A stretch of DNA of 64,000 nucleotides from Alloascoidea hylecoeti (Eukaryota), in assembly GCA_001600815.1 (NCBI GenBank), contig BCKZ01000007.1:978059-1042058 (forward strand). The letters run 5' to 3'. The notes under the pieces are model-generated. The model searched no databases. It was not told where the DNA came from and saw only the letters and a program-made list of their open reading frames with translations. Position numbers and translations under genes: made by a program. Shown one piece after another: positions 11,839-24,800 of this stretch (the stretch's first letter is position 1; the number at the start of each line of letters is the position of its first letter).

Positions 11839-12850
11839 ATGGGACGAAACGACGTAAATCCAGCAACATTAGAACGTATGTAAGATTTATTTATAAATTA
11901 AACGCTAATTATATCTAACTGAGTTTTCTTATTTTATATCAGGTAAAAAGCAAAAAGCTCAAGAAATTAAAAAATCAAAGAATCATCAAAATCAATTAAA
12001 ATTATTAAAATTATCCCAAAAAAATCCAATATCAATATATAAACAGATTCAATTTCTTGAAAAACAACAGCGGATAAATAAACAACTTGAACCTCATGAT
12101 GTGGTAAGATTACAAAGCTTAAAAAATGAATTGGAAGAGGTTTTGAATGCAAAGGATAAAATGGGTGTGAATGATAATACAAGAGAATTACTGAAAGGAT
12201 GGGATGAGAAAAATGCTAAGAGATATAACAATGATGATAAAAGAGGAGCAAAAGATGGCAAAGAAGATGGGAGAAGAATATATGGGATGAAAAGTATTTA
12301 CTGGGATCCAATTTGGAACCCTAAGGGCTATGTTCCTAAAGGTTATGAGTTTCAAGAACGACTTTTGAATGAAAATCAAGAAAATATAAACGACACTCTA
12401 TCTGACAATGATTCTGGCTACTCTACATCATCATCCGTGAGTTCTATACCATTACCTAAAGGTCCTCCACCACGTAAAAACCAACATGAAATTGCGATAA
12501 CCACTTATGAAAGTTCTGGAGTTGTGAGGGATCTTGCTGCAGAAACATCCAAAATGATTCCAGTAACATTACTACGAAAGAAAAAGAAGACTAATGATGG
12601 AAAATCTGTAAATGCCAGCGTTGAAACATGGGAACCACCTGAGGATGAAGAGGATGATAGTGTTACTGGCGCATACCCAGGGTTTGGAGGAGATTATGAT
12701 TATGGGCTTGAAGATGAAGGAGAAGAAAAAGAGTATGCTTCGGAAGAGGAGGAAGCACTTAGAAAGCTAGGCAGATGGGATGATGGCAATAATAGTGCAA
12801 AAGCTAAAAGCGTTCAGCTTGAAACTGTTGAAGACGATGATCTTATATAA
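11839..12850 (+). CDS. WW-domain-binding protein 11 (WBP11)-like splicing factor, 2 exons
   Basis: Exon 11839-11875, intron GTATGT..CTAAC..CAG 11876-11942, exon 11943-12850 in frame with the ORF at 12101. MGRNDVNPATLERKKQKAQEIKK..KNP, SIYWDPIWNPKG and IPLPKGPPP resemble fungal Wbp11. Confidence 0.7.
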
Positions 12851-12869
12851 ATACAGCCGGTATATCTCA

Positions 12870-13545
12870 GTAGCTTCAAAAGTAATTAAATACCGCTTGT
12901 AACTTATAAGTATCTATGAGGAACCCATCATTAATACTAACACTCATAATCAATAGAGTCGATAGAATTAGTAACCTATGTGCGGACACAACTTGTAGGC
13001 TTTCACTCAATCGGATCCAGTATGCGCAAACAACGAATCTACTTACAGATTTATGGTATAAATTATCTTAAAGCAAAAAGAGTTATCCAAACAGAATTCT
13101 AGTTACTTACAATTGAGAAAATCATATCCATTGTAAAATCTCATCTACAACTTTTCTTTTATTTGCGATTCTTAAATTTAAGTTTTTTTTGTTTTTATTC
13201 ATTCGCCACGAAATAATCTTTCTATATATCTCTTTGCCCTAAACCATATTCAATAGCTAAATTCAAGATATCAGTGCTCCTTCAACCAATTTAGGAAGGA
13301 GGAATGGCGTATGTCATACTTTTTTCTTCTTCTTATATTCTAAATTCTTTGCTATTAATTGCCAAGATTATTTATTATCAATCCTCAAGGCCTTTGATTT
13401 ATTTGTCCAAGTTTCCTCCAATATGAATGCAACTTTCTTAGTTTTGTAATAACCCAAGAATGTTCCAAGAATATCTTTCTTGACTGACTTCTGTGTTATA
13501 TGCTTATTATTAAACACCTTAAAGTCAGCGGTATCCCCAATGCTT
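12870..13545 (-). mobile_element. Possible highly decayed MuDR/MULE transposase fragment
   Basis: Minus-strand reading LKEH*YLEFSY*IWFRAKRYIERLFRGE (13200-13290) resembles the MuDR SYxxAWRAK..G segment. VSINDGFLIDTYK (about 12900-12945) resembles the xDGTFL.GKYK catalytic motif, in the expected order. Confidence 0.4.
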
Positions 13546-13867
13546 TAATTAATTTTTACAAAATTTCATTAGTATTCAATCTCCTAAGTAAATACCTCTA
13601 ATTACATTTTCTCTGAAATACTCTATTATTGTGTCCACTTACAATAAGATAGAGTAAAGTAGAGAACATGATAAATGTAACACTAATATCAAAGAATAGA
13701 AATGTATGTTAACTGTATAAAGGTTAAAAAAATGTTCAAAATCTTTCACTCTGTAGAAATAAATTGCATTTAAAATATAATAACAGACCAACCTATTCCT
13801 TTGGTCATGACGGGCAGGTCCACAACCGTCACCACATCAGCCCCAAAATAATTCATCGAACTATTCA

Positions 13868-14378
13868 TTATGATAAGTGAATTGATGTAAATGCTTCTTG
13901 ATTCTCACTAAATAGAGTATAACCCCTATCTTCACCAACGGGAAACCTCTTTATCTTCCCACAATCACATGTAATACAGTATACGTCACACTTAGGGTCT
14001 CCACTTTTAGATGGATTTGTTATAGAAATAGAACAAGTATATCCAGGTATTTGAATTCTTGAACATTTTTTACAAATTGTTCTTTTGACAGCGGGATTTC
14101 TATAAAAGTATTAGTTTCATTGAAAAACGAGAAATTAAAGAAAGAGACTTTCTGCCATACATTTTTAATACTGTCTTTTTACTCACTGAGTCCATAGTTT
14201 GAGCATAATATCGTGATAATGCCTCATTTTCTACTCTTGTTGATAAGCATTGGGATATTTGATATAGATGTGACATTCGAGCATATTGATCTCTATTGGT
14301 GACATTTTTAGGAGGTTTTGCTTTGATAAGTGAAATATTCTCTATTGCTTCTTCCTTTTTTTTATTATTCTTAACCAT
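13868..14378 (-). CDS. RPR2: RNase P subunit Rpr2/Rpp21 (Rpr2/Snm1 family), 2 exons
   Basis: Exons 14378-14161 and 14099-13868. ARMSHLYQ, VSKKTVLKI|NPAVKRTICKKC..IPG and CDCGKIKRFPVG zinc ribbon. Confidence 0.85.
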
Positions 14379-14558
14379 ATTAACACTTTATCAAATTTCC
14401 TAATATATATCTCTTCCTTGTTATAAATAAAATTGACATTATGGTTAAATTAGTTTTATTTTTCGAAGATATATAATTGATCACGTGGTATATAATTAAG
14501 AACCACTCCCAAAACATCTAACCTTTTCACCTTTCTCTTAACTTATCCGACTATCAAA

Positions 14559-15573
14559 ATGAGTGGTTACGATAGAGCTCTTTCAATTTTCAGGTATGTA
14601 AAATATTGATAACATGAAGTAAATGGTAAATTGATGAAATTAAATGATCAGTAGGTGGCAATTGAAGATCTATATGATATTGGATATGTTGCCACCGATG
14701 ATGCTGAAGTTCATGAAGAGATCTATTTTATTTTAAATTCTAACCTTTTCATTAAATTGAATTGAATTACTGACTTTCATCTTTTTTCAGTCCCGATGGA
14801 CATGTTTTCCGTATGTGAAATTAATGGTGGTAAATACCATATATTTGGTTCAAGCTAACTAATCTCTAATAGAGGTGGAATATGCTCTAGAAGCTGTCAA
14901 AAGAGGCACATGTGCTGTTGGAGTTAAAGGTAAAGATGTCGTTGTCATTGGATGTGAAAAAAGAAGCACTTTAAAACTACAAGATACTCGTATTACACCA
15001 AGTAAAATAAACACAATTGATAGCCACGTTCTTTTAACATTTGCAGGTTTGAATGCTGATGCAAGAATTCTAATTGATAAAGCAAGAGTTGAGGCACAAT
15101 CTCATAAACTGAATCTGGAAGATCCAGTTGGAATTGAATATTTAACGAAATATGTTGCAGGTGTACAACAAAAATATACTCAAAGTGGTGGTGTTAGACC
15201 ATTTGGTATTTCTACTTTAATTGCTGGATTTGATCCTAATGATGATGTTCCAAAATTATATCAAACAGAACCATCAGGAATCTTTACCGCTTGGAAAGCT
15301 AATGCTATTGGTCGTAGTAGCAAGACTGTTCGGGAATTTTTGGAGAAACAATATTCTGCAGATTTAGATGAAGATGCTACAATTACATTGGCTGTTAAGA
15401 GTTTACTAGAAGTGGTGGAAACAGGAGCCAAAAACATTGAAGTTGCTGTGATGAGACCAGGCAAAAAAGTTGACATTTTAGATCTTGAGAAGATAATTTC
15501 ATTTGTTGAGAAGATTGAGGCAGAGAAGCAAGCAGAGGCAGAAAAGAAGAAGCCAAGAAGATCTCAGGACTAA
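14559..15573 (+). CDS. PRE6: 20S proteasome alpha-4 subunit, 3 exons
   Basis: Exons 14559-14593, 14791-14810, 14873-15573 give [43 protein letters not shown]. Confidence 0.95.
14654..14834. promoter_or_regulatory. Intronic Rpn4/PACE-like sites
   Basis: GGTGGCAA at 14654-14661 and inverted TTGCCACC at 14689-14696 (intron 1), GGTGGTAAA at 14826-14834 (intron 2). The PACE consensus is GGTGGCAAA. Confidence 0.6.
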
Positions 15574-15734
15574 TTTTGCATACATAATTAATTAATGATG
15601 AGTTAATGTATAAAATGATCAATGCTGAGTTAGATCTTATTTAAAATTTTAGTGTCACAATAACAAATTTATAGAACATTTCCATAGAAATTAAATTTAT
15701 GATGTATTACCCGGCCATTTCTTTAAACCTTTAA

Positions 15735-15740
15735 ACGCGT
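15735..15740. promoter_or_regulatory. MCB element ACGCGT
   Basis: 30 bp upstream of the MSI1 ATG, consistent with G1/S control of a chromatin-assembly gene. Confidence 0.45.
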
Positions 15741-15769
15741 CTCGAATATATCTTCCTAATGAAACAACA

Positions 15770-17217
<1,448 letters not shown>

Positions 17218-17705
17218 TAAATACATTTATATTTATAGTTGATATGCCAATTGCAATATATTATTATAATTATAACTTTAGAACTTAATTCCTATTCAAT
17301 TGTAGGACAACTTCAAACATTAATGTATTGAGTGTTCTGCTACTGGTGTGTGATTATGTTTAACTACATCTTCCCAGGTATGTGTTTTTATACCTTCTAG
17401 ATCTGCAAATAAAACGTTAACGGCATAAAACAACCAATACTAATCTTCATGGAATCATAACTATATTTTAATATAATCTACGCCATCCTCATGATCATGT
17501 TAATCGAAAAATAGACATTTTTAATTATAATCCTTGATTTTGTTTCAAAACTCAATCAAATGATTCCAAGTTGATAATAAAAACTGACTATTTGTCTGAC
17601 CACGTGACATTTCTGATAACCGGAGTTGCTCCTTTTCTTTCTCTTCTTCCTTCTTATCTGTTGTTGTTATATTATTTATTTGAAAAGGGTTCACACAAAT
17701 CAAAA

Positions 17706-20700
17706 ATGCTTCCGACAAAGCCATTTTTGCTATTTCTCCCCTGTATAAATTTGGGTTGGGCCTTAGACTTGGACTTGGGCTCATTTGGCTCACAACAAGC
17801 TGCTCCTTTGTTACTGGGCGGAGATCAGGACCAGCCATTAACACCTATCCATGAACCGAATATGTGTGCCATCTATGGTCAATGTGGTAAAAAGAGTTTA
17901 TTTGGGAAAGAGCTTCCTTGTGTTGCAAATGTGGCCCCAGCTATTCCGAATGATGAAGAATTATCTTTCTTGACAGATATTTGTGGAGAAGCTTGGAATA
18001 ATACCCCAGTTTGTTGCAATTCTGACCAACTTTCAACCTTAAAAACAAATCTTAAAAAAGCTGAGAATTTGATTTCTTCTTGTCCTGCTTGTCAAGAGAA
18101 TTTCTTTCAGTTCTTTTGTAGATTTACTTGTTCTCCAAATCAATCTGAGTTTGTTAATATTACTTCCTCAACACAATCCATGCAAAAGAAGGAAGTAGTA
18201 ACGGAATTAAGTTATTATGTAGATCCAATATTTGCATCTGGCTTTTATGATTCTTGCAAAGATGTTAAATTTGGTGCAACAAATGGTTATGCTATGGATT
18301 TGATTGGAGGAGGCGCAAAAGATTATAAAGCCTTTTTAAAATTTTTAGGTGATGAAAAGCCATTATTTGGTGGTTCACCTTTTCAAATAAATTTCCCATG
18401 GAATGAAACCACCCAACCGGATGATATAAAAAGATCTGGTGGAATTATTAGGAATTGTTCAGATTCTGATCCAAAATATAGATGCGCATGTTCTGATTGT
18501 CCTGATTCTTGTCCTTCTTTAAAACCTGTTAAAGTAATTGAAACTTGTAAGGTTGGCGCTATTCCTTGTTTTTCATTTTCTGTTATTATCATCTATTCGG
18601 GTTGTCTATTCATTTATCTATTAAGTTATTCAGCTATTTTATTATGGAAACGTTATAAAACAAGAAAAGCCCAAAGAATCAGATTATTAGAAGAAGATGA
18701 AGATGATGTGGAATCAATTGATGATATAAATTATTCGGCTAAAAATTTAAACACATATGTTTTAAATAATTTATTAGAAAATTGGTTCGGTAAATTAGCT
18801 TTCTTTTGCTCGTCATCACCAAAAATTGTTATTTTCTTAGCATTAATATTTGTTTCAATTTTATCATTTGGTGTTAAATATTTACAATTAGAAACAAACC
18901 CAATTAGATTATGGGTTAGTCCAAATGATCCATCATTTAAAGAAAAACAATTTTATGATGAAAATTTCGGTCCATTTTATAGAGCTGAACAAGTTTTTGT
19001 AGTTAATGAAACTGGTCCAGTGATGAATTATGATAATTTAAAATGGTGGTTTGAAAAAGAAAAACAACTAAAATCTTTAATTACTGAAGAAAATGGTATT
19101 TCATTATCAGATATTTGTTTAGCTCCAACAGGAAGTGATTGTGTTATTCATTCATTTACGCAATATTTTAATGATGAAATATCAACTTTCCCGGAAAAAA
19201 ATTGGGAATCATTATTACAAAATTGTGTTAATCATCCAGTTAATTGTTTACCTCCTTTTCAACAACCATTAAGTAAATTATACTTATTCGGTGGTGAAGA
19301 AGAAGAAGGTAATGTATTATCTTCCAAAGCATTATTTACAACTTTTATAATTCAAAATCATCTTGAGGAAGATATTAAAGAGATTGCAATTACTGAAGAA
19401 TGGGAACAATTGTTAAAACATACTTTATTAGATTTACAATTAGAAGCTAAAGAAAGAGGTTTAAGATTAAGTTTTACAACTGAGATATCATTAGAAGAAG
19501 AATTAAATAAATCTTCAAACTCAGATGGTAAAATTATTGCAATATCTTACCTTTTCATGTTTATTTATGCTTCTTTAGCTTTAGGTGGCGGTATTCCAAA
19601 ATTTGATGTTCGATCTTTAATTGATATTAAATTTTCTCTTGGTCTTGCAGGTATAATAATCGTTCTTTTATCTGTTATATCATCTGTTGGTTTATTTTCT
19701 TACCTTGGTGTTAAAGCAACATTGATCATTGCAGAAGTAATTCCATTTTTGGTTCTTGCTGTTGGTGTTGATAACATTTTCTTGTTACGCCATGAATTAC
19801 AAATTGTTAATAGTGTATATTCAACAGATACTGTACCTGAAAGGATAAAAAGAGCAGTTTCTAGAATTGCACCAAGTATTGTGTTATCTGCTTTATCTGA
19901 AGCGATGTGTTTTAGCTTAGGTGCTGTTGTTTCAATGCCTGCTGTTAGAAACTTTGCGATTTATTCAGCTGGTGCTGTGATAATCAATGCCATATTGCAA
20001 TTGACAGTATTTATATCTGTTTTATCATTAGATCAACAAAGAGTCGATAGTGGAAGAATTGATGTATTATTTATAAAAGTTAAAAATGAAGGATTTTTAA
20101 ATGGTTATGAAAGTGCTATTGAAAATCAAACAAAATCTCATGAATCAATTTTTAATAAATTAATTAAAAAATATTATGCACCAATTCTTTTAAATTCAAA
20201 ATTTAATAAAAAAATTGTTTTAAGTTTTTTCATTCTTTGGTTTGGTATGTCATTAACATTAATTCCAAAAATTGAATTAGGACTTGATCAAAGAATTGCA
20301 GTTCCAAATGATTCATATTTAATTGATTATTTTAATGATCTTTCTGATTATTATAATGTTGGTGCACCTCTTTATTTTATTGTTTCTGATATTGATGTTA
20401 GAAATCGAACATCTCAACAAGCTTTATGTGGTCGTTTTTCAACATGTAATGAGTTTTCATTAATTAATCAATTAGAACAGGAAAGAAAGAGACCAGAAGT
20501 TTCTTATATAGCAGAACCAACTACAAGTTGGTTAGATGATTTCTTAACTTGGTTAAATCCATCTTTAGAGGAATGTTGTCGATTTAAAAAAGGTACAAAT
20601 GAAACAGAAACATGTCCATCTAATTTCCCACCACGTCGTTGTGATGTTTGTTTCGAAGACAAAACTTGGAAACCAAATATGGATGGATTCCCTGAAGGTG

Positions 20701-21614
20701 ATGAATTTATGAGATATTTTGATATCTGGATAAATAGTCCTAGTGATCCATGCCCATTAGGAGGTAAAGCTCCATATTCAAGTGAAATAATTACCTATCC
20801 ACCTAATGATGATGATTATAACGTTATCAAAGCCTCAAAGTTTAGAACTTCACATCTTAAGCTGGTAACAAATGATGATTATACCAATAGTATAGCAGCT
20901 TCAAAAAGAATATCAAAAGAATTGGAAGATGCAACTGGTGCCAAAGTATTTGCATATTCACCGTTTTATATTTATTTTGTTCAATATTTAACAATTGTTA
21001 GTCTTACATTCACTCTACTTGGCACTGCAGTTGGAACAATTTGGGTTATTTCTAGTGTATTATTAGGATCTATACGCTCCGGTACTATACTCATTATCAC
21101 AGTGATTATGATCTTAGTTGATATTGCTGGATTAATGGCATTGTGGAACGTTACTCTAAATGCAGTAAGTCTCGTTAACCTTGTTATCTGTGTTGGTATC
21201 GCAGTTGAATTTTGTACACATGTTACTCGTGGTTTTACTGTTTCGGATAAATTTGACTTATCAGGTAATACTCTAAACACAAGAAATTCAAGGGCTTTTA
21301 GTACTTTAGTTGGCGTTGGTGGCTCTGTATTTGGTGGAATTGCCTTAACGAAATTAATTGGAGTTACAGTTCTTGCATTCACAAAATCTAAGATATTTGA
21401 GGTGTATTATTTTAGAATGTGGGCGGCATTGGTTTTGGTGTCAACATTACACAGTTTGGCATTCTTACCAGTTGTTTTAAGTATGTTTGGAGGGCACGGT
21501 TATGTTTATGATAGTAATGTTGCAGTTTCTTCTTTTGAGGAGAATATAGCTGCAAGACTGATAAATCGAAGTAATGACAGGGGCGACTACGATTCCGACG
21601 ATGATGAAGAGTAG
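17706..21614 (+). CDS. NCR1: Niemann-Pick C1 homolog, vacuolar sterol transporter
   Basis: Signal peptide from the ATG at 17706, Cys-rich NTD (CAIYGQCGKKS), sterol-sensing domain (EVIPFLVLAVGVDNIF..MPAVRNF) and NAVSLVNL..GIAVEFC. Confidence 0.95.
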   Translation: MLPTKPFLLFLPCINLGWALDLDLGSFGSQQAAPLLLGGDQDQPLTPIHEPNMCAIYGQCGKKSLFGKELPCVANVAPAIPNDEELSFLTDICGEAWNNTPVCCNSDQLSTLKTNLKKAENLISSCPACQENFFQFFCRFTCSPNQSEFVNITSSTQSMQKKEVVTELSYYVDPIFASGFYDSCKDVKFGATNGYAMDLIGGGAKDYKAFLKFLGDEKPLFGGSPFQINFPWNETTQPDDIKRSGGIIRNCSDSDPKYRCACSDCPDSCPSLKPVKVIETCKVGAIPCFSFSVIIIYSGCLFIYLLSYSAILLWKRYKTRKAQRIRLLEEDEDDVESIDDINYSAKNLNTYVLNNLLENWFGKLAFFCSSSPKIVIFLALIFVSILSFGVKYLQLETNPIRLWVSPNDPSFKEKQFYDENFGPFYRAEQVFVVNETGPVMNYDNLKWWFEKEKQLKSLITEENGISLSDICLAPTGSDCVIHSFTQYFNDEISTFPEKNWESLLQNCVNHPVNCLPPFQQPLSKLYLFGGEEEEGNVLSSKALFTTFIIQNHLEEDIKEIAITEEWEQLLKHTLLDLQLEAKERGLRLSFTTEISLEEELNKSSNSDGKIIAISYLFMFIYASLALGGGIPKFDVRSLIDIKFSLGLAGIIIVLLSVISSVGLFSYLGVKATLIIAEVIPFLVLAVGVDNIFLLRHELQIVNSVYSTDTVPERIKRAVSRIAPSIVLSALSEAMCFSLGAVVSMPAVRNFAIYSAGAVIINAILQLTVFISVLSLDQQRVDSGRIDVLFIKVKNEGFLNGYESAIENQTKSHESIFNKLIKKYYAPILLNSKFNKKIVLSFFILWFGMSLTLIPKIELGLDQRIAVPNDSYLIDYFNDLSDYYNVGAPLYFIVSDIDVRNRTSQQALCGRFSTCNEFSLINQLEQERKRPEVSYIAEPTTSWLDDFLTWLNPSLEECCRFKKGTNETETCPSNFPPRRCDVCFEDKTWKPNMDGFPEGDEFMRYFDIWINSPSDPCPLGGKAPYSSEIITYPPNDDDYNVIKASKFRTSHLKLVTNDDYTNSIAASKRISKELEDATGAKVFAYSPFYIYFVQYLTIVSLTFTLLGTAVGTIWVISSVLLGSIRSGTILIITVIMILVDIAGLMALWNVTLNAVSLVNLVICVGIAVEFCTHVTRGFTVSDKFDLSGNTLNTRNSRAFSTLVGVGGSVFGGIALTKLIGVTVLAFTKSKIFEVYYFRMWAALVLVSTLHSLAFLPVVLSMFGGHGYVYDSNVAVSSFEENIAARLINRSNDRGDYDSDDDEE

Positions 21615-21874
21615 ATACACATAAATAGGATATAATTATGATAAAATTTATAGAATGGGAGTAATAATAATACGGAATTTATTATTTAATACATTATCTT
21701 GATAAAACGGTATAGTTATAAAGTAAAATAAAAATAGAGTTAACTTCTTGGCAGTTTCTCTGCGCAACGTTAACTGTTTATTCAAAATGCCTATAATTTT
21801 TTGTGGTGCATAGAAAAAAATAATGATAAACAAATAAACAACCCTCCTATCTTTTTGTCTCCACTACCACACGC

Positions 21875-24800
21875 ATGCCTACGACACCAAACCCTTCCAA
21901 AAAAGGGCTCAGAAGGTCTTCCAAGTCTCCTTCACCGGACCCCATCTCAACCCTGTCGCCGACCCCAAAGGGTTATATCGTACAATCCACCTTCCGTGAG
22001 AAGACTAAATTTCTTTTAACCCATGAAAAACGACATTCATTGCTTGGAATATCTATTTTATCCTCCTCCAATTCGACCCCAAGTGTAACTCCAAGTAGAT
22101 CTCCAAGACAAATCCAATCAGCAGTATCACATTCAGATGATGAGCGTTCAACGTATAATCGCAGACCCATCATCTCTAGAAATACTACGAGAGCTTCAAA
22201 CCGTTTAATAGGGGTGTTACAATCAGCTGAACCCTCAAGGACTAATTCACCTACAATTCCTTCTGATGATAATTATCAGCTTGATTTTGATTTAGGTGTT
22301 GATTATGACAATGACAATGAAAATGATGAGGATTATAGAATTTCCCAAGATGAAGGCGATACTGTCTACGATGATGATGATATAAATCCTGTTCCTAGGA
22401 AAAAACAGAGGAGAAAATCTAATACAAAATCAACAACCCCTAATACCAACAGGAACAATTCGAATAACCAAAATACAAATGTTAAATCAACTCGATTAGA
22501 TACTAAAGTCAATGGAAAAAGAAGACACTCTTCTGAAGTACTGACGAACGTTACCACTAATGGTCATAATGATGATGAAACAAAACAACAAAAAGTTTCG
22601 AAAAGTACACAAAGAAAGAAGTTTAAAATAAACTCTACAGCAAAAAAGGATAAAAATAAAATATCAGAAGATGGAAATGGTAATCTTGATAAAGAAGTTG
22701 GAAATCCTATTAATGAAGATCAAAATAAAGCGACTCAAAAACAACCAGTAAAATCTCGATCAAAAGTGCCATTAAGGAGATCTAAAAGAAAGTCTACATT
22801 AAATGATACAGAGTATAAAATTACAGAGGATGAGAGTGCGAATGATGATGGTGATGATTATTTTGAATATCCTGTTAAACCTACAAGACAAAAAAGATCT
22901 AGAAGAAAACCAAGTAAGAAACCTATATTCAAGTCGAAATCTGCTTCTCCAGTTAATGCAACCAAGAATATTGAAAATGGATCACTCAATTTAAAGGACG
23001 ATGCTGTACATTCAAATCTAAAATCTGGTACTGGTACAGGTACAGATTCAGATACAAATATGGAATTAAATGAACCCAACGAAACTCTCCCTATTTTACC
23101 TATTGAAGCATTGATTATGAAACATCAAAATAATTCTGTAAATGATATCCGAAACCAAAAGGATTCCAATCAAAAGGAGTCAAATCAAAGTATTAATCTA
23201 ACTAAGGGTGGAAATCAAGATATTTATGATAGCGAAAGGGAACAAAGCGAGGCTCCAACTGAAGTTTCCTTGGAAATTTTAAAAGATCAACCACCGAGTC
23301 AAGAATTGAAAATATACATTAATGAGGAACATTCAGATAGATTGGATGCAACACAACAAATATTTTCTGAGGATTTTAATCATCAAAACGAATCTACTCG
23401 AAACATATCTAATCAAAGTATTATCATATCTGAAAATGAAAATCAGGGTACCGACAATAGTGAAAGAGAAGAAAGCGAACATTTAAAAGATAGATCAATT
23501 CAAGAGTCTAAAGAACGAACACAAAGATTAGATATAACACAACAAATATTTTCCGATAACGTTTCAACGAGTGACTTCGACTATGTGGAAACAAATGATG
23601 CTGATAATGATTCACCGGATGCGTCAGAGTCAGACCCTGAGTTTCAGGATGCTATAGGCGATGAAACTCTATTGATGGCTGATGATCTAAGAGATATAAC
23701 TACAAGTATGAACAGGACATCTCCGTCTCCGGTGATAAATGGAAACGGTCAATTAACCAATCAAAAAACGTCTGAATCGCTACAGGAACACGATACACCA
23801 TCCAGACGGTTATCACATTTGGATCAAGCCCAAGAACCAGAAGCCGGTGATTCGTCTTTTGAGGTATCGGCTAAGAAAAAAGAACTTTTACCATCACCTC
23901 ATATAATCAAACCATCTATTTTTACTCATATTCAACCCTCAAAAGGACAGGTATATACTAGATTCCCAACAGAAAAACTCGCTGAACAGTCCCCAACTTC
24001 TCAACCTGAGATCGCACTTGAAGTACAAAATTCCAATATTCAAGTAGCAACAATTCCGAATTCTTCTCCTCCAAATAATAATTCTCTACCTCTCAAAAAT
24101 ATAGCGGTACCAAACTCATCCCCTCCAAATTCTGATTTTTTGCATCCTAAAAGCAAGGAAAATACCTTAGAATATAAAAATGTTGATCCAACAACTCCAA
24201 TTAATCAGCAATTTTTATCAAAGAAACTTTCCCAACTGAACCAGTCAACAGCTCAAGCTTTTTCTGTTCCTTTTGGAACAACCCCAACTTTGGTGATATG
24301 TAATACTCCAAATACTGAAGTTCAGGTCATTACGCGATCAATGAATGGTAGTGCGAATAATAATGATACTCATCAATCAGTGTATCGTTTTCCTCAACTC
24401 TCACAATCGGGTGGGACGCCTTTTGATTCTCGTTTCTCGACACCAGGGACCATCGACAATACATTTCGACAAAATACAGTAGATGCCTCTACAGAAACTC
24501 CCACATCAAGACTACACACAGTCGATGAATCTGTTTGGACTCAGAGTCCCGAACCAGAACGCATAACTACTGTTAATAACCAAACCTCCACTTCACCCAT
24601 GTTTACCACCAGCCGTAATACATCACCGATTGGATCAACAGCAGATGTTGCAACAGAAACACAAAGGGACACATCTCCTCCTCCCCCTGAAACAGTCGAT
24701 GCCATTACATACATGTCTTTTCAAACAGCAGATCGGCCTCAAACCCCAACTCCAAATAATGTTAAGGTTAAACCTCCTAATAAACAAATATCATCCACGG

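Noticed and set aside
13304..13880. Spliced micro-gene from ATGGC|GTATGT on the plus strand
   Set aside because: No convincing branch point or acceptor at a typical distance, and the product is unrecognisable
14630..14710. Box C/D snoRNA in PRE6 intron 1 (TTGATGA..CTGA)
   Set aside because: No rRNA-complementary guide or terminal stem recognised. The PACE or hairpin reading fits better
17571..17705. N-terminal extension of the NCR1 ORF from a TTG start
   Set aside because: Non-ATG start in promoter-like sequence. The ATG at 17706 gives a proper signal peptide
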